Positions 26,841 to 39,700 of a stretch of DNA of 64,000 nucleotides are shown piece after piece. The stretch is from Antedon mediterranea. Lineage: Eukaryota > Animalia > Echinodermata. The stretch is taken from positions 12,276,001 to 12,340,000 of the forward strand of contig NC_092672.1 in NCBI RefSeq assembly GCF_964355755.1. The letters run 5' to 3'. The notes beneath the pieces were generated by a model. That model had not been told where the DNA came from and made no database searches. It saw only the letters and a program-made list of their open reading frames with translations. Position numbers and translations under genes: made by a program. Position 1 is the stretch's first letter. Each line of letters opens with the position of its first letter.

Positions 26841-26934
26841 CTTATCTATGGAGTTCACAAGATGTGGTTATGTTTTACATATTTCTTCAATTTTTTCCAA
26901 ATTTCTATATCTTACAGCTCTTAGCAATACGTTT
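26841..26934 (-). CDS. Gene A ankyrin N-cap exon with in-frame TAA
   Basis: Strong acceptor (pyrimidine run + cag) and AAG|gtatag donor. Reads (E)NVLLRAVRYRNLEKIEEICKT*PHLVNSIDK and ends in phase 0, joining DGNTPLH of the first ANK cassette. Confidence 0.75.
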
Positions 26935-29900
26935 CTGAAAAAAAAGAAAGATAAAAATGAATCATGGCTAGAATACTCGGTCGATGATGTTAATATGTTT
27001 ATTTGTCATGTTTCTAAACAATAATAAATACAATTTTCTTTGAACTCTTTATAATATTAAAAGTTTGTTGGATATAAAATGTAAAGCTTACTTCTCCATT
27101 TAAAAAATGCAGTCAGTTTGAAGAAATAACTTACTCATCCATTGAAAGAGTGGTTGCTGAAAAATGAAACGTAAACTTAATTTATTAGGTGATCATTTAG
27201 AATAAAATGATCACATATTGTTATTGTATGAAATCTTTAATATTATTGTTTCTGTACTCTTTTTGTGTAACAATTATCTCAAAAAGTTTAATGTCAATGA
27301 TCACAAAAATTTCACCATGTCAAATACTTTAACTTAGTCCAAATAAGCTTTTCAGCGTGATCACTCACCCGTGACGTCATTTATACGCCATTTTGTGAAA
27401 TCACATTATCAATCATATCTCCATAAATTCATTATCACAAATTAATGAAATTCACTACACGTAAACTTCAGGTCAATGTAAAGATATTAGCAAATCGTGA
27501 AATCGCGCGTTAAAAATTGAAAAAGCTCAAAGTTAAGTTTTGATCAATGATTTGAGCATGAATTAGGATGTACGTGTTTCAAAATTTACTGCGCTTTTTG
27601 CGCACGCGATTCTTAGAAAGCGTAAAAAATTAAATTTGATGTATACATCACATTCTACTCACAATCCTTAGTACATTCACTTATTTTGAGTCCATTCCGA
27701 CTTAAAATTACGCTCTACGAGCACGTTAAAGATAACAAAATGCGCACATTAATTTCACAAAAATTCCGAAAATGGTGAAAAATAGGTCTTTTTTAAAATG
27801 GAAGAAACTCTTCAGAATGCAAGATGACCCCACTTATACGGGAAGCCATTGAGTTGTAGATATGAATTCATGTACACATTTGACGTACAAAATGTTGTTA
27901 CGTCACCAAATGGCCACTTGAATTTAAAAATTGGGATTTTTTGCTAAATTAATTATCTTTATCATGACTTGCCACTATTTTTGTTTGATGACGTCATCAC
28001 GCGTAAAAACTTGAGTAACATTGGTCGAGTAATTTCACCTTCAGCGTATATTTGAATATCTCACAGCTCTTCAGAATTAAAGGTGACCTTGATTAATTTA
28101 ATTTATTGTGAACAGCTGATGAAATTTAGATTAAACAATTAAGCCGATCGAATGTTGTGACGTTATGATATGGCCAGTTGAATTTAAAAAGTAGTTTTTC
28201 ATCTCTTTCGTCACATTTATAACAATTTTAAATAGCGCGCACTGCGAAATTTTCTTCCAAACCTTATATTTTTTTGCTCAATTCATTATCTTTCGAAATT
28301 GTCATCTTCAAGTTTATTTTATGTGGGTCCCGTAAGTGCATCTATGCTACACTGTATATGGATATACAGTATACTGTACATATTATATATGACACATAAT
28401 ACTGTAGGTACAACTCAGCACTAAAAGTGTATAATGCATCATGTCATAGGATGGCGTACATCAACTTTTTACGATCGTATGTTAACGTACATGCATGTTT
28501 AAAAAAATTTAATTTCATTAAAATTATAAAAATGATCCCGTATAATTCGTCAAAGTGACGAATTAAGAGCCATTGTCTGTAAGAATCAAAGAAATATAAA
28601 AAAGAGTGGCAGACTAAAAAAAAATGGATTTCTTTCAAATTTTGCACATGGCTATATATGTGTTGAGAGAAATCAAATATGAAGTATTTTTTATTTCACA
28701 CGTATATTTCCATGGCAACGGCCAAATTTGTGTTTTTGACAAATTTTTTCCTTTTTTAAGGTTTTTAAAAATGGATATTGGTACTATTTTGATGAACGAT
28801 ATTTTTGTTTTGTTCATTTAATTATAAAAAATAATTAGTGAATGCATAATAACAATGCATTGTGTACCTGTTTCAAATTTTTTTATTTTTTTTTATTTCA
28901 TACTTTGGGAGATAGCATTTATTTAAAAATGGGTGTTTTTCACTTTTTTTAAATTGTTCAATGCAACTAAACTTTACTTCACCATAACGCCCAAAGTGGT
29001 GTATTTTTTTAGCTGATTTATTACAAATAGGTAGTTCTAATGTTTAATAATTGATTTCTAAAATAAAATACTGGGTTAAATTTAAAATCTACAAGCAGTT
29101 TTACGAGAAACATAGGCATTTTTATTTTTAAAAAAAACATGGTATGTTAGTAAAAACATTTTATTTTCTTTGATTATTTGATTTGAAACGCATTGGTCAG
29201 AAAAATTCTTAATGTTTTATATAGTTCTAGTTGTGTTGCGAGAAAAAAAACCCAATATTTTTAATTATAGATTCTGTAATTCCCAGTTTTAATGTCATTT
29301 TATAGGTTATATCCTCTGGAAATTTGAATAAATTATCAGATCAATTTTAATCCTTGCAACATTACTCCTCACTTATTTTGAAGCTCCTCTTTCATTTGTT
29401 TACTTCTTTTATTTGCTAACATAAGCAGATCCCACGTGCCCATCCACCACCACTTTTGACTACCCCCCCCCCCCCACCCCGACAATAACCACAAACAGAT
29501 AAACTGCAACACTGGTCGATCATCCACTATAGAGTGTCAAATGCATGCACTCAAGCACCACCCACACTGCCGCTACCATCGCCCCTATGAATAGACGGAT
29601 TCAAACTCCTCCAACCCACCCCCTTCCCCTTTCTCCAAGCCCCCATCCACCCAAAGTTCAAAATTGCAATGCAAAAGATAGGACATAAAGTTAAGTTTTT
29701 AGACCCTCGCCTTCAACCCCCTAACTATTTAAAAGTCCTGAATCCACCACTTTCCCCTCCCCAAAATAGAACCAATCAAAAGTCAATGATATAGGCCTAC
29801 TCAGGTATGTTAATGCTACATAACAAATATTGAAGCCCTGATTTGAAATTTCATTTCATTTAAGGTCAGCATGTAAAATATCACACTTTATTATTAAATA

Positions 29901-30266
29901 TTGGTTTTAAATTCTGTATTTTTTTTACTGTGATGGTTGGATTCAGTATTAATTATTAATTAATAATTATCTGATAATTATTTAATTTCCCTTAGTTATG
30001 CATAGCAACAGTTACTATGGTAACTAAAAATGAGATATTCTTTAGATTTTGCATATTTATCTCATACAAATTTTCAAATTACCGTTTCACAATGTCATAT
30101 TCGTAAGCATTTTCTTCTGTGATTATTTTTATTCATGAAAACCCCATATTTCATTTACAGTGGCCACCTCCTTTAACGGACGCACTTTGATAAGCCTGTT
30201 TGTTCTTCTTATCTAATTAGTGCATTTGGTGCTTACCGTAAGCAGCTGCGGGCACCTTTTTATATT

Positions 30267-30610
30267 AGAGAGTTTACGAAACACGACGGAGAGGGACGAC
30301 GACGGATTACCAGTGCGCGCTGATGCGTGAAAAGCTGGTTGTCGTCCACTTTAAAAAGTTCGTTTACGATACGCGATGGGACGACGTCGTCGCGTCACGC
30401 TCGGCTTGCTATGTTTGTAAACAATCATCATGGCGTTCGTACAAGATGCATTAAATATCGCACTTTACGATGATATAATTGACCCCGAGGAGTATTTACT
30501 TTTGTATGATTTTAATAAATGCAATAATATAAATGTACAGTACAAAGATTACAATAATTTTAATCTTGCATCGTACAATGACGACGAATGCAACGTGTTT
30601 TTCAGGTAAG
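30267..30610 (+). mobile_element. 5' fragment of a PIF/Harbinger-like element, including the first transposase exon (30430-30605)
   Basis: MAFVQDALNIALYDDIIDPEEYLLLYDFNKCNNINVQYKDYNNFNLASYNDDECNVFF(R)|gtaag resembles the N-terminus of invertebrate HARBI1-like DDE_Tnp_4 proteins (DDEEFLLLYD...FDL...DDEC..FRF). Preceded by a GC-rich end tagagagtttacg...acgacg. Confidence 0.6.
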
Positions 30611-30732
30611 TCACCACCAACCAATCATTAGTAGGGCCTAAAGCCTAATCTAGTAAAGCCTATATTTTATGAAAGCAAATAGCTGATAGTAGGTCTAAAT
30701 GCAATTGAATTTACGTCAATAAGTTCATTACT

Positions 30733-31484
30733 AACAAGGCCAACAGCCATTAAGTCGCGTGCTACAATGCATAGTGATACCTGACCGACAGACAGACCGA
30801 CCGACCGACCGACAGACCGACAGACCGACCGATATAGTGAACTATAGAGACGCGTCCACGCGACTAAAAAGGCATAATCTTGACGAATTTTTTAACTTTT
30901 TCATCAAAACGTGCGCAAATTATCCAATTCGACGTGCTGGTATGACGTAATTTTAAGTCGAAATTGTTTAAAAGTTGGTAAAATTATTAGAAAAGGCTGC
31001 AAAAACATAAATCACGCGAAAAAAGTATGTATTTAACGCTACGTGCGCACCACGCACGTAAACATTTGCGCACGTATGGGAATTTTTGACATGCTCAAAA
31101 TGACAAGAAACGCGTAGAAAGTTGATTAAAAATTAATTGTGCGCATTTTAAAATTTTAAATGCGCGTGCGCGCGTAACTTTGTGTAAAACACACTAACAG
31201 AAAGTTAGCGCCTGATATAAATTAAACTTTTGCAAAGTTTCAATTTAAAATGTTATTTGGTTTTTGACCTATGTTAAATACGAGAAAATCGTTAAATCAC
31301 GCGTAAATCACGTTGCGCAACTCTAACGTCATTCACAATAGCACAATTTCACGTAAATGCCCACATGTTGACATCAAAACAGTTCAAAAAGTACAGAAAA
31401 GATATAAAACGCATAGTGATACCGGACCGACAGACCGACTGACCGACATAGTGAACTATAGAGTCGCTTCCACGCGACTAAAAA
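30733..31484. mobile_element. DINE-1/Helentron-associated (HINE)-like repeat with a duplicated end
   Basis: Starts aacaag; (gacc/gaca)n microsatellite followed by the stem-loop tatagag(t/a)cgc..ccacgcgactaaaaa, present at about 30780-30870 and 31410-31484. Confidence 0.5.
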
Positions 31485-34400
31485 TGAGATTTTTTGTAAG
31501 CGGCCAATCGAAAAATGTGATACTTATTGCATGAACCTATGAATTAGAGGTGCATGTTTATTGTATTTCTTTATATATTAGCTTTATTTTGAAGAGGTTT
31601 AAAAACATTACTGTGAAGAGATGAGAAAACTACACAGATTGTGACCGACCATTTTTCATATGATAAAAGTTTTTAAAATTTGTCTGAAAATGCTAAAAAA
31701 TACTAAACCACCTGATTATAAATAATAATTAGCTGGAAAATTGAAAGGCTCGTTTCGTTAAGAATATCGTATATAGCCATAATAAGTGATTTTGGCCCTT
31801 TATCGGCAGAACCTCCCGTAAGGGATCACCGCCCGTAAGCGGCCACTTTTCCAGGTCCCAAGGGTGGCCACTTACGGGAGGTTCAACTGTATTAAAAAAA
31901 ACAATTATCCTTAGTTATGCATAGAAACAGGTTCTAAGATAACATAAATAATACATTTTGACATAACTTGACCCAACAAAAATGACCCTTTCACAAGGTC
32001 AGACATTTTCTGGGATTCAGTAGATAAGTAAATTTGGGAAAAGGTAGTAAAGCTATGTAATCAATTGTTTGTAGTCATGAAACCCCATATTAAAAATATT
32101 GTACTTAGTTACGTATAGAAACAGTTGCTACAATACACTATAGGTAAAATGTTGATGTCATTTGACCTCAATATGTAATTTTTTTTTTTTCATGAAAACT
32201 CCATATTTAATTTTTTTTTTTAAATATCATTTAAGTTACGTAAACAGGTTTAAGATAACACTAAAGGTCATTTTTTTACCTTTATTCAGATTTCTTTCTG
32301 AGATTATTAGGATTCAGTATTTAAAGTAAATTTGGCAAAAAGTAGAAATGTAAAACTATGTAGAAAAAATGTTTTGTATTTAGGAAAAACCCCTTATTTT
32401 TTTTAAATTTTCGCATAGAAACAGTTACTATGGTAAAATTTTGACCTCAAAATGAATGAATTTACAAGGTCAAGTTTGTCATTAATGGAATGCAGTAGAA
32501 GTAAAATTGAGAAAAATTACAAATGCAATAAATTCTTTGTATTTATAAAAACGCCATTTTTTACGTTTTTTAAAAATTACTTTCCTTAGTTACACATAGA
32601 AATGGTTGCTAAGGTAACACTATAGGTAAAATATGAAAATTGTTGAGAATTGTTATGAACTATCTTGTAAATTTTGATCAAATATTAATAGTTGTAGTAA
32701 AGTGGGGACCTGTCCTGTTTTGCATTCTGACCCCTTTTGACCTCAAATGACCTATTTACCAGGTCAGATTTTGTTGGGAGATCTTTCTGTATCTCTTTAC
32801 ACAAAATAGATTTTAACATTTATAAAAACCATTGACGCAATTATTTCCAAGTTTAACATTATTTTCCATCAACTAAATATTTCAATGCAAAATACTGTTT
32901 TTCTGGCAATTAATTGAAATAAACCTGGCAACACATTCTCCTATTTTATCTAAACTATTCGTATGACTCTAGTAGCATTATGACAAGCCACATATACATT
33001 TTATTATTGGATTAGCCATATTTAAATTGTGTTTCATGTGTTTTGTTTGTTGATATTTTGTTATATTTTTTGTATTTTTCGTATTTTCGTGGCAACACAA
33101 AACCTATGTACGAAATTTACCCCAGTGTTTTTTTCGTGATTATTGTTGAAAAACCTATTGACTATCAAATTAAAAAACCTCATTGATTTAAAAACACCAC
33201 TTTGGAAGTTATAGGTACGTTTATGAGGTATACTTTAATAAAAAAAATTTTTTTTTAAAACACCCCTTTTTAAAATAATGGTATCAACCAAACTCCATTT
33301 TGTAATTTTTTTTTTCTACATTAATGGAACTCAATACATGTTGTTTACACTGCTATAAACAAAAACTGTATACTGTAAGTATTTTTGGTTAAAATAAGTA
33401 TACAAGTTTGTACTTTTTCACTATAGAAAATCTGTGAAAAATGGCAAAAACATCAAAATTTGGATAATTGACCGTTGTCATGGCAACGGAGGTTAAAAAT
33501 TGAAATGAATGTTGTAGATATGCTTTTTATTGAAATGTCTATTCTTGGTAAAAATTTGAGAGAAATCCATTTTTTTTACATCTGCCACCAAATCTTTGAT
33601 TTTTACAGACAATGGTTCTTAAATTCTAGTTTTTATTATTTTTATTTTGCTGTTCATTTTTCAATATTTCAATATTTTTCAATACTAGAAATTCTTCTTC
33701 TAATATTTTAAACTAAATTGAAAAATGAAGAGAAAACAAAAATAAAATACATTTGTATATATTAGGCCTAATTGTCTTTAGATGAAATTACAAGAATTGA
33801 TATTTATTCGAGCAGACCAACCAAAAACGGTTTTTTTTCTAGTATATCATTTACTGTCAATTTTAGTATTTTTGTCAAAGCATTGTACCAATAATTTAAT
33901 AAAAACATGTTAGGATTTATATACATTTTTCAAGTTTGTATTTTAACATAAATTATATAATTCTCGGTGGGAGCTAATAGATAAACTGCTAATATCAGAT
34001 ATAAGAAGTTTCTTCCCAAAGATAAGAAACATATCATCTCTACTCGCCTTAAGTGAAGTAAGACACTGCTTTGGTCCTGCCAGACCATAAAATAAAAGTT
34101 AGACTAGAAACCCAATTACATTGTAATTAATTACAAATGACCTTAAAGATCTATACATATACACTGCTTTGGTTCTTCCGAGAACCACACTCCAGAAGAT
34201 AGACATCCCCTACCTATTGCTGATAGAATGATCTAGCACATTGTAAGGAATATAAAATAAGCTATTACAGACTACCTACTTTGCATAGTACTGCCTTAGT
34301 TCTATCATCCCCATCTGAATATAGGGTACAATATCTCATCTGAGCTATCTTTTAGTACCAGAATATAAATACCAATATTCCCGCAAGAAATAAAAACAAA

Positions 34401-35081
34401 TTTAATTGAATAAAGTTGATGTATATCAGTACATTCATCTATTTGCAAGTTAGAGTCATTAAAATGATCATAAACAAAAATAGATTAAAGACATTAAGGG
34501 GAAACTTGTTTAACAGTTTCTTTTAAAATGTATAAGCTAATAAGAAAATCTCAGTTTCCAACGTATGATGAGGTTGGAATCCACTATCTAACATTTAAAC
34601 ATATTCACTGACCAAACTCAATTTTACAGAAAATAACTTTAAAATAATAGTTTTGTTTAGGTTCAGTATATATATATTTATATTAAACCGATGGCAACCA
34701 TAAAATCGGTATATGAGAGAAATATGGGTTATTCTGTAAATTTACACGATTAGATGGTTACCTAAAAACAGTATATTTTTACATTTAAAGTTGTCCTGTC
34801 CTAGTCATTGCTCAGAACTTGTATCATCTTTACTGTTTTCGGTCACAGATACATCTTCAAAAAGGTTGTCTGAATGCCTAAACCAGTCAGACATATAAGC
34901 GAATTAGAAAGCTGTATTTTACAGTATTGAAACAGTATATATAGTAGAAACTCACACACGTCACTGCATTATAGTAAATGTATATGTACTATTCATTATG
35001 TATTCATGTACGAGATCCTAACATTGGTAGCCGGTGGCATATGCAATACTCTATCTAAGGTAGGCTCCATGGGTCCAGGGG

Positions 35082-35570
35082 GCGATTTTTTTTTCGTACA
35101 GAAGTTGGGGACCCCATGTGAAAGATAGCCGAACGACTTCCTAAATATAACTAAACCTAACCCTCTAAATAATCTCTCTCACTATGTAATCATTTATTTA
35201 TTTGGAATTACACCTTTAGATCGGTGGCACACTTAGCACAAATGTGCATCCTTCACAATAACAATATAAAATATAACAATTAACAGAAAAGTAAAAAGCC
35301 AAAAGTAACTATCAACCCCTATACTATACTATAAAGTAAAACAAATAGCTCATGGGAGTCGAACCCCATACATCGGCATGTAAAGTCCATAGTGTTATCC
35401 ACTCGACTACACAGACGGCTCGACAGAAATCGTTTGCATTAGCGAATTGTAGTTATCTTAATTCTTACGTCACACCTTATGGATATGACTAATGAATATT
35501 CATGTTTATTTTGTGACGTTTCACGAGGGGTCCTCCCCCCCCCCAACTTATGTACGAAAAGAAATATCGC
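35082..35570. mobile_element. Mutator-like MITE containing a degenerate tRNA-like segment
   Basis: Imperfect ~45-bp TIRs (gcgattt...cgtacagaagttgggg...gtgaaa and its inverse). 9-bp TSD gtccagggg / gtccggggg with 1 mismatch. Confidence 0.6.
35346..35416 (-). other. tRNA-derived (Pol III A-box/B-box) degenerate sequence, not a functional tRNA
   Basis: Reverse strand gtctgtgTAGTCGAGTGG...GGTTCGACTCCcatgagc; acceptor and anticodon stems pair poorly. Confidence 0.55.
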
Positions 35571-36407
35571 GTCCGGGGGTTTGTAATCGAAATTAAGCGG
35601 GTCCTTTGGTATTCCAATGTGCTAGATCATAATGGTTTCTGATGCGATCTACAATAGAATAGCTTAGTTGGGAGAAAGGGGGTCTCTATAGTCAAATTAT
35701 AGAGCGTCTGGTACTTGCGGTGCCGTGGACAATTAGTCTGTTGTTACCCATTTAGTACTGTATGAACTCTACTTATTTATTTTACATTAATTGTGAGTGG
35801 TATCTTACTCATATATACTGCCCATTCTTTAGGTCCTCCTTAGGGGATCTGGCGGGCTTATTGCAAGAGATAAAATTTCTGTCGTTCGTGAATTTGGTAG
35901 GAAAATGTCATAGTATATAGTGATGAAATTACAGTAGGTGGTATCTCTCTTATCTCACTGGTACCGATTCGGGGTCCCCCACGTCTATACGCAGCAGGGG
36001 ATACCCGACAGGGCATAGGGAAATACGTAATAAAAAAAAAATACATATATAAACAAAAAAGTTAATTGTCTACAATTTATTTGACAAATTTGCGCATAGC
36101 AAGATACGATACCTACCCAACCATGTAGCATAGCATTAGCCATCAAATAAATTTAGCGATTCAATATTTAATAACATTAGAGCAATTTTAAGCTGTGGAT
36201 ACGAAACTGCATTATGGAATATTTAGATTATTTTGTATACCAAACTAATAATATTTGAAAATTTGATTTCGTATTATTTACATAATAAGTAGTGTTTACT
36301 TATTTACTACATTGGTCGGAGATTTTTTGGCGATTTTCCTCCTCTAAATCTCATTTCTTTATGTCTCAAGTTATTCTGCATTTGAACCATTTTATTGGAT
36401 TGTCATA

Positions 36408-36760
36408 ATTCAAATTCAAATTCAAATAAACATTTATTTCTTTCATTCATATTTGAGTAAAAAAACATTATAATTTCTGATATTTTATAAATAAATATTT
36501 TTTTTTTTTTTTTTTTAGAGATAAATACAGTAAATCATAATGTATAAAAAGATGATTCAGTAATATACAAAATGAAAGAGGCAAAAAACCCCAAGAAAGT
36601 ATCGATCAATTGGAAACAAAAATCCAATTGAAACTTGTATGTTGGGAAGCCATGTAAGAAGATTATATACTTATATATATAAATGTAAACATATAACTAC
36701 ACATACACAAAAAGATCAACAGACACACACACACACACCAACAATAATCTTTTTCCATTG
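36408..36760 (-). mobile_element. Possible 3' end of an L2/CR1-type LINE
   Basis: Minus strand ends aataaa...(tttgaa)3; an A-rich tract and a (tg)n run lie upstream. No coding remnant recognised. Confidence 0.35.
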
Positions 36761-39700
36761 TATTTATTTTATTTAGTTTTATTATTTATGTTTTATTTGT
36801 TTTGGTAATTAGCTATCGTTCTAAACGGTAGTATCCTAAATGTATGCATAAATAAATCAAGACGATTCATACACATTATATTTCTGTTATATTTTTGGAT
36901 CTTATGAATGTATAGCCTGATAAGACAACAGCACGGTCGGTGCCAGACACTAGTATTATATACGGACGGTGGTGGTATTATTATTCACGAAAAGCGTGGC
37001 ACAAGCTTCGACATGATAGCAAACTTAATTGTTGTATTGTATAAACTTGGATGTTAGAATATGTTCCATTGTTTCCAACTGATCGAAACGTGTATTTATT
37101 AATAAACCCATGATCGGTTATTTGATAAAAATGTTATATTTGTGAAGGTACCTTCCCGAATTCATTAAGTGTCAAGACAAGAAATCGGTTAGAACCATGT
37201 TACAATAAGTAGAATTCGTTTCTTCTTTGACTTAATTTAATTCAATATTTGGATTCAATTCTCTCGATATGTCATTCCCGGAGTGACAATTCTATTTTAC
37301 TATATATCAACATCATGCCTGTATCTGTCATTCCATGTGGACGATATGTATCTAGCTTACAACATTTATTTTCAAAGTTGTGAGTACATCTGTGGGAACT
37401 TATAAAAGTTATTTTTAATTTCGTAAACATTTCAAAACATTTAGGGCAGCCTAAGAATTGGGCGATGATGTAATATACCCCAGTTATTAATATGTTGCTA
37501 ATCTATAGTAAATAATACGTTATGTTAACTGTTTATTGTAATTCATCATTACATTTTCAAAACGGTAATTATAAATCACAAATTTAAAATTGTCGGTAAC
37601 TAAATTATATAACCAACCGTACCAATTGCTATTTTTAAAGACTGTGTCATTTACAATCAATTGTATTTGTTTTTAGAAACAATTTAAATATTATAATTTA
37701 ACTCTAAACTATAACGAATATCCTGTGGGATAATTTAAAGTTCATCTACTGTAAAATTAAATATATTGTGATTTATTTATCATTATAAAATTGTTTATAA
37801 AATATATTGATTTAGTGTTTTGAGAAATGTTTTTGTCTAACGAATCTGTAAAAATTACAGAAGTTTATGAGAAGTTTCACCAATTAGTAATACATTGTTT
37901 TGCTCTATTTTGAATTTAGTAGGCCTATAACATTATGTTCAAAACAGGTGGAAATTCACTTTTTATATATTTTATAAACATTTAAATTACGTTTATTCAT
38001 TCTTTCAAAACGTAATATATAATGTATTGATGTGTTCGTCGTCTACGCATCCTGTCTTTATCTGCTTACAAAGGAATGCAAAATGGCTAGCGTATTCCTA
38101 ATTTAGGTCAACATTAAGACTTGTTATCGTACATAATAGAGTGTGTAATCTTACAGTAATCTCTCATGATTATATGTTTACGGTACTACAGTATTTCAAT
38201 AAAATAAATACTTACAATTCATCTTATAAGTAAATATGATTATTCCTTATTTCAAATCCTTTATTTCTCCATAAGTTGCCGTGTATGTGTACAACTTGCA
38301 CAATATCAATAACATTGTTTGTGACTAGATTGGTACAGAGAATACCGAGTATATGTTTTCGCTCAAAAACTTAAAAGCGACTGGAAATGGCATGCTGAAT
38401 AAAAACAACAGGTAGTAGATCTGAATAACAATAATTCCATAATAGGGGTCGAATAACAATATTAGGTACCGAACTATATTGTACTCAATGTATTGTTGAT
38501 ATTAAAAAGAAGTTTATCGAAGCAGAAAGAGGTAGGTCTACTATGAGACGAATAACTAGAATTCCATTAAAACAGCCTTTGATTTTTAATTCTTACTCAA
38601 TTTCCTGATAGAGAGTACGTTATTATTAGCATTGGTAATAGAGTGCTTGGTTCATTTATTTTAATAGAGAAAATGATGCAAAGGTAACATTTAAAACCAG
38701 TTTGATAATATTATGAGTAGGCCTGATTTAAAGAACATTTAGAATAATCATAATATATTGCTACTTTAAAGTGGATATAACTCAGTGTCAACAATCTATG
38801 TTTTTTTTATAAAATATTGAATATGAATATTTATGAAATCAATTTAATCTATGTTTTCAGTAAAAAGAACTTTGTGAATAAGAAAATTTGTAAAGAGAAA
38901 TATTATGTTTGAGAAAATTAATTTAGTAAAAAATTATAATGTACATAAAAATAAGAAATCAAGCATAAGTACGACCTTAAGAGTATTTAAATGGTTAATA
39001 AAACACTTTTTTAAATGAATCAGTATAGTAATAGCCATCTTGTTAACTAAGGTTACCTATATCTATCCAATCATGTACACATGTACCTCTCATTTAATTT
39101 ACATTTAAAATAGAAAAACATTTTTTACTAACATTTGTTCTTGATCTGAAGAACAAGTTAATATGTCTAGTAACAAAATGTGTCCGTGGTCTTTAAACTC
39201 TACTCTTTATTTATTTAACTCTAACTGTTCTTTATGCCCTAAAACACTCAATTACATATGAGTCGTAACTGCATTGCATTAGCATTCACACTATATAGAA
39301 ACAGATCACAGATCAGCAAACAAGTATTTTGTGCCAATACAAAAGGCAGCAAAACTAATAATATAGGTGAAATCTCAGTGAATCGAAACACACTATTACT
39401 GTGGAATATATTAATTTAAACTCAATGGGTTTAACAAATGACTAAGCTGATATTGTAAAGACCAACATAATTATACAGGAAAAGAAACACAACTGTTTGT
39501 TATAGGTATATTGTTAAATAAGCACCGTTAAATTAAATGTTTGATAAATTTTCTAAGAACATCTATGAAAAACAAAACAATTACTGTGTGTCGGGCGTTA
39601 ACGTGCTATAATCGATTATCATTATCGTTTTATGTGTCAAGTGGTTAAAATAAGAAATTGACAGTTAGTTTAGGTTCAAGTTTAATTTTAATTTTCAAGT

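Larger units (their letters stand above)
84..27142 (-). pseudogene. Gene A: paralogous ankyrin / Roc-COR gene with a premature stop; last (DED) exon expected just left of the window
   Basis: Exons: 27142-27135 (ATG GAT GA), 26934-26841 (ANK N-cap, TAA at 26870-26868), eight ANK exons (23954-23850, 20664-20560, 17427-17323, 16958-16854, 11064-10960, 10561-10457, 10059-9955, 8609-8502), then 8036-7952, 7675-7519, 7391-7288, 6910-6740, 6563-6411, [5936-5763, acceptor mutated], 5445-5240, 4871-4782, 4667-4473, 4206-3961, 3310-3116, 2952-2791, 2681-2379, 1827-1747, 1651-1444, 119-84. From the C-cap exon onward the phases match gene B exactly and the sizes match apart from two 6-nt indels. Same G1-G4 motifs. 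Gene identity is secure; pseudogene status rests on one TAA plus splice lesions. Confidence 0.75.
28567..33618. mobile_element. Kolobok-like non-autonomous DNA transposon with nested insertions
   Basis: TTAA on both sides. Purine-starting TIRs gagccattgtctgtaa / ttacagacaatggttc, with patchy inverted similarity extending several hundred bp (tggcaga, aaatggatttct, ccaaagtggtgt). Confidence 0.7.

Noticed and set aside
35346-35416. Functional tRNA gene
   Set aside because: Acceptor and anticodon stems do not pair properly, and the segment is embedded in a TIR element.
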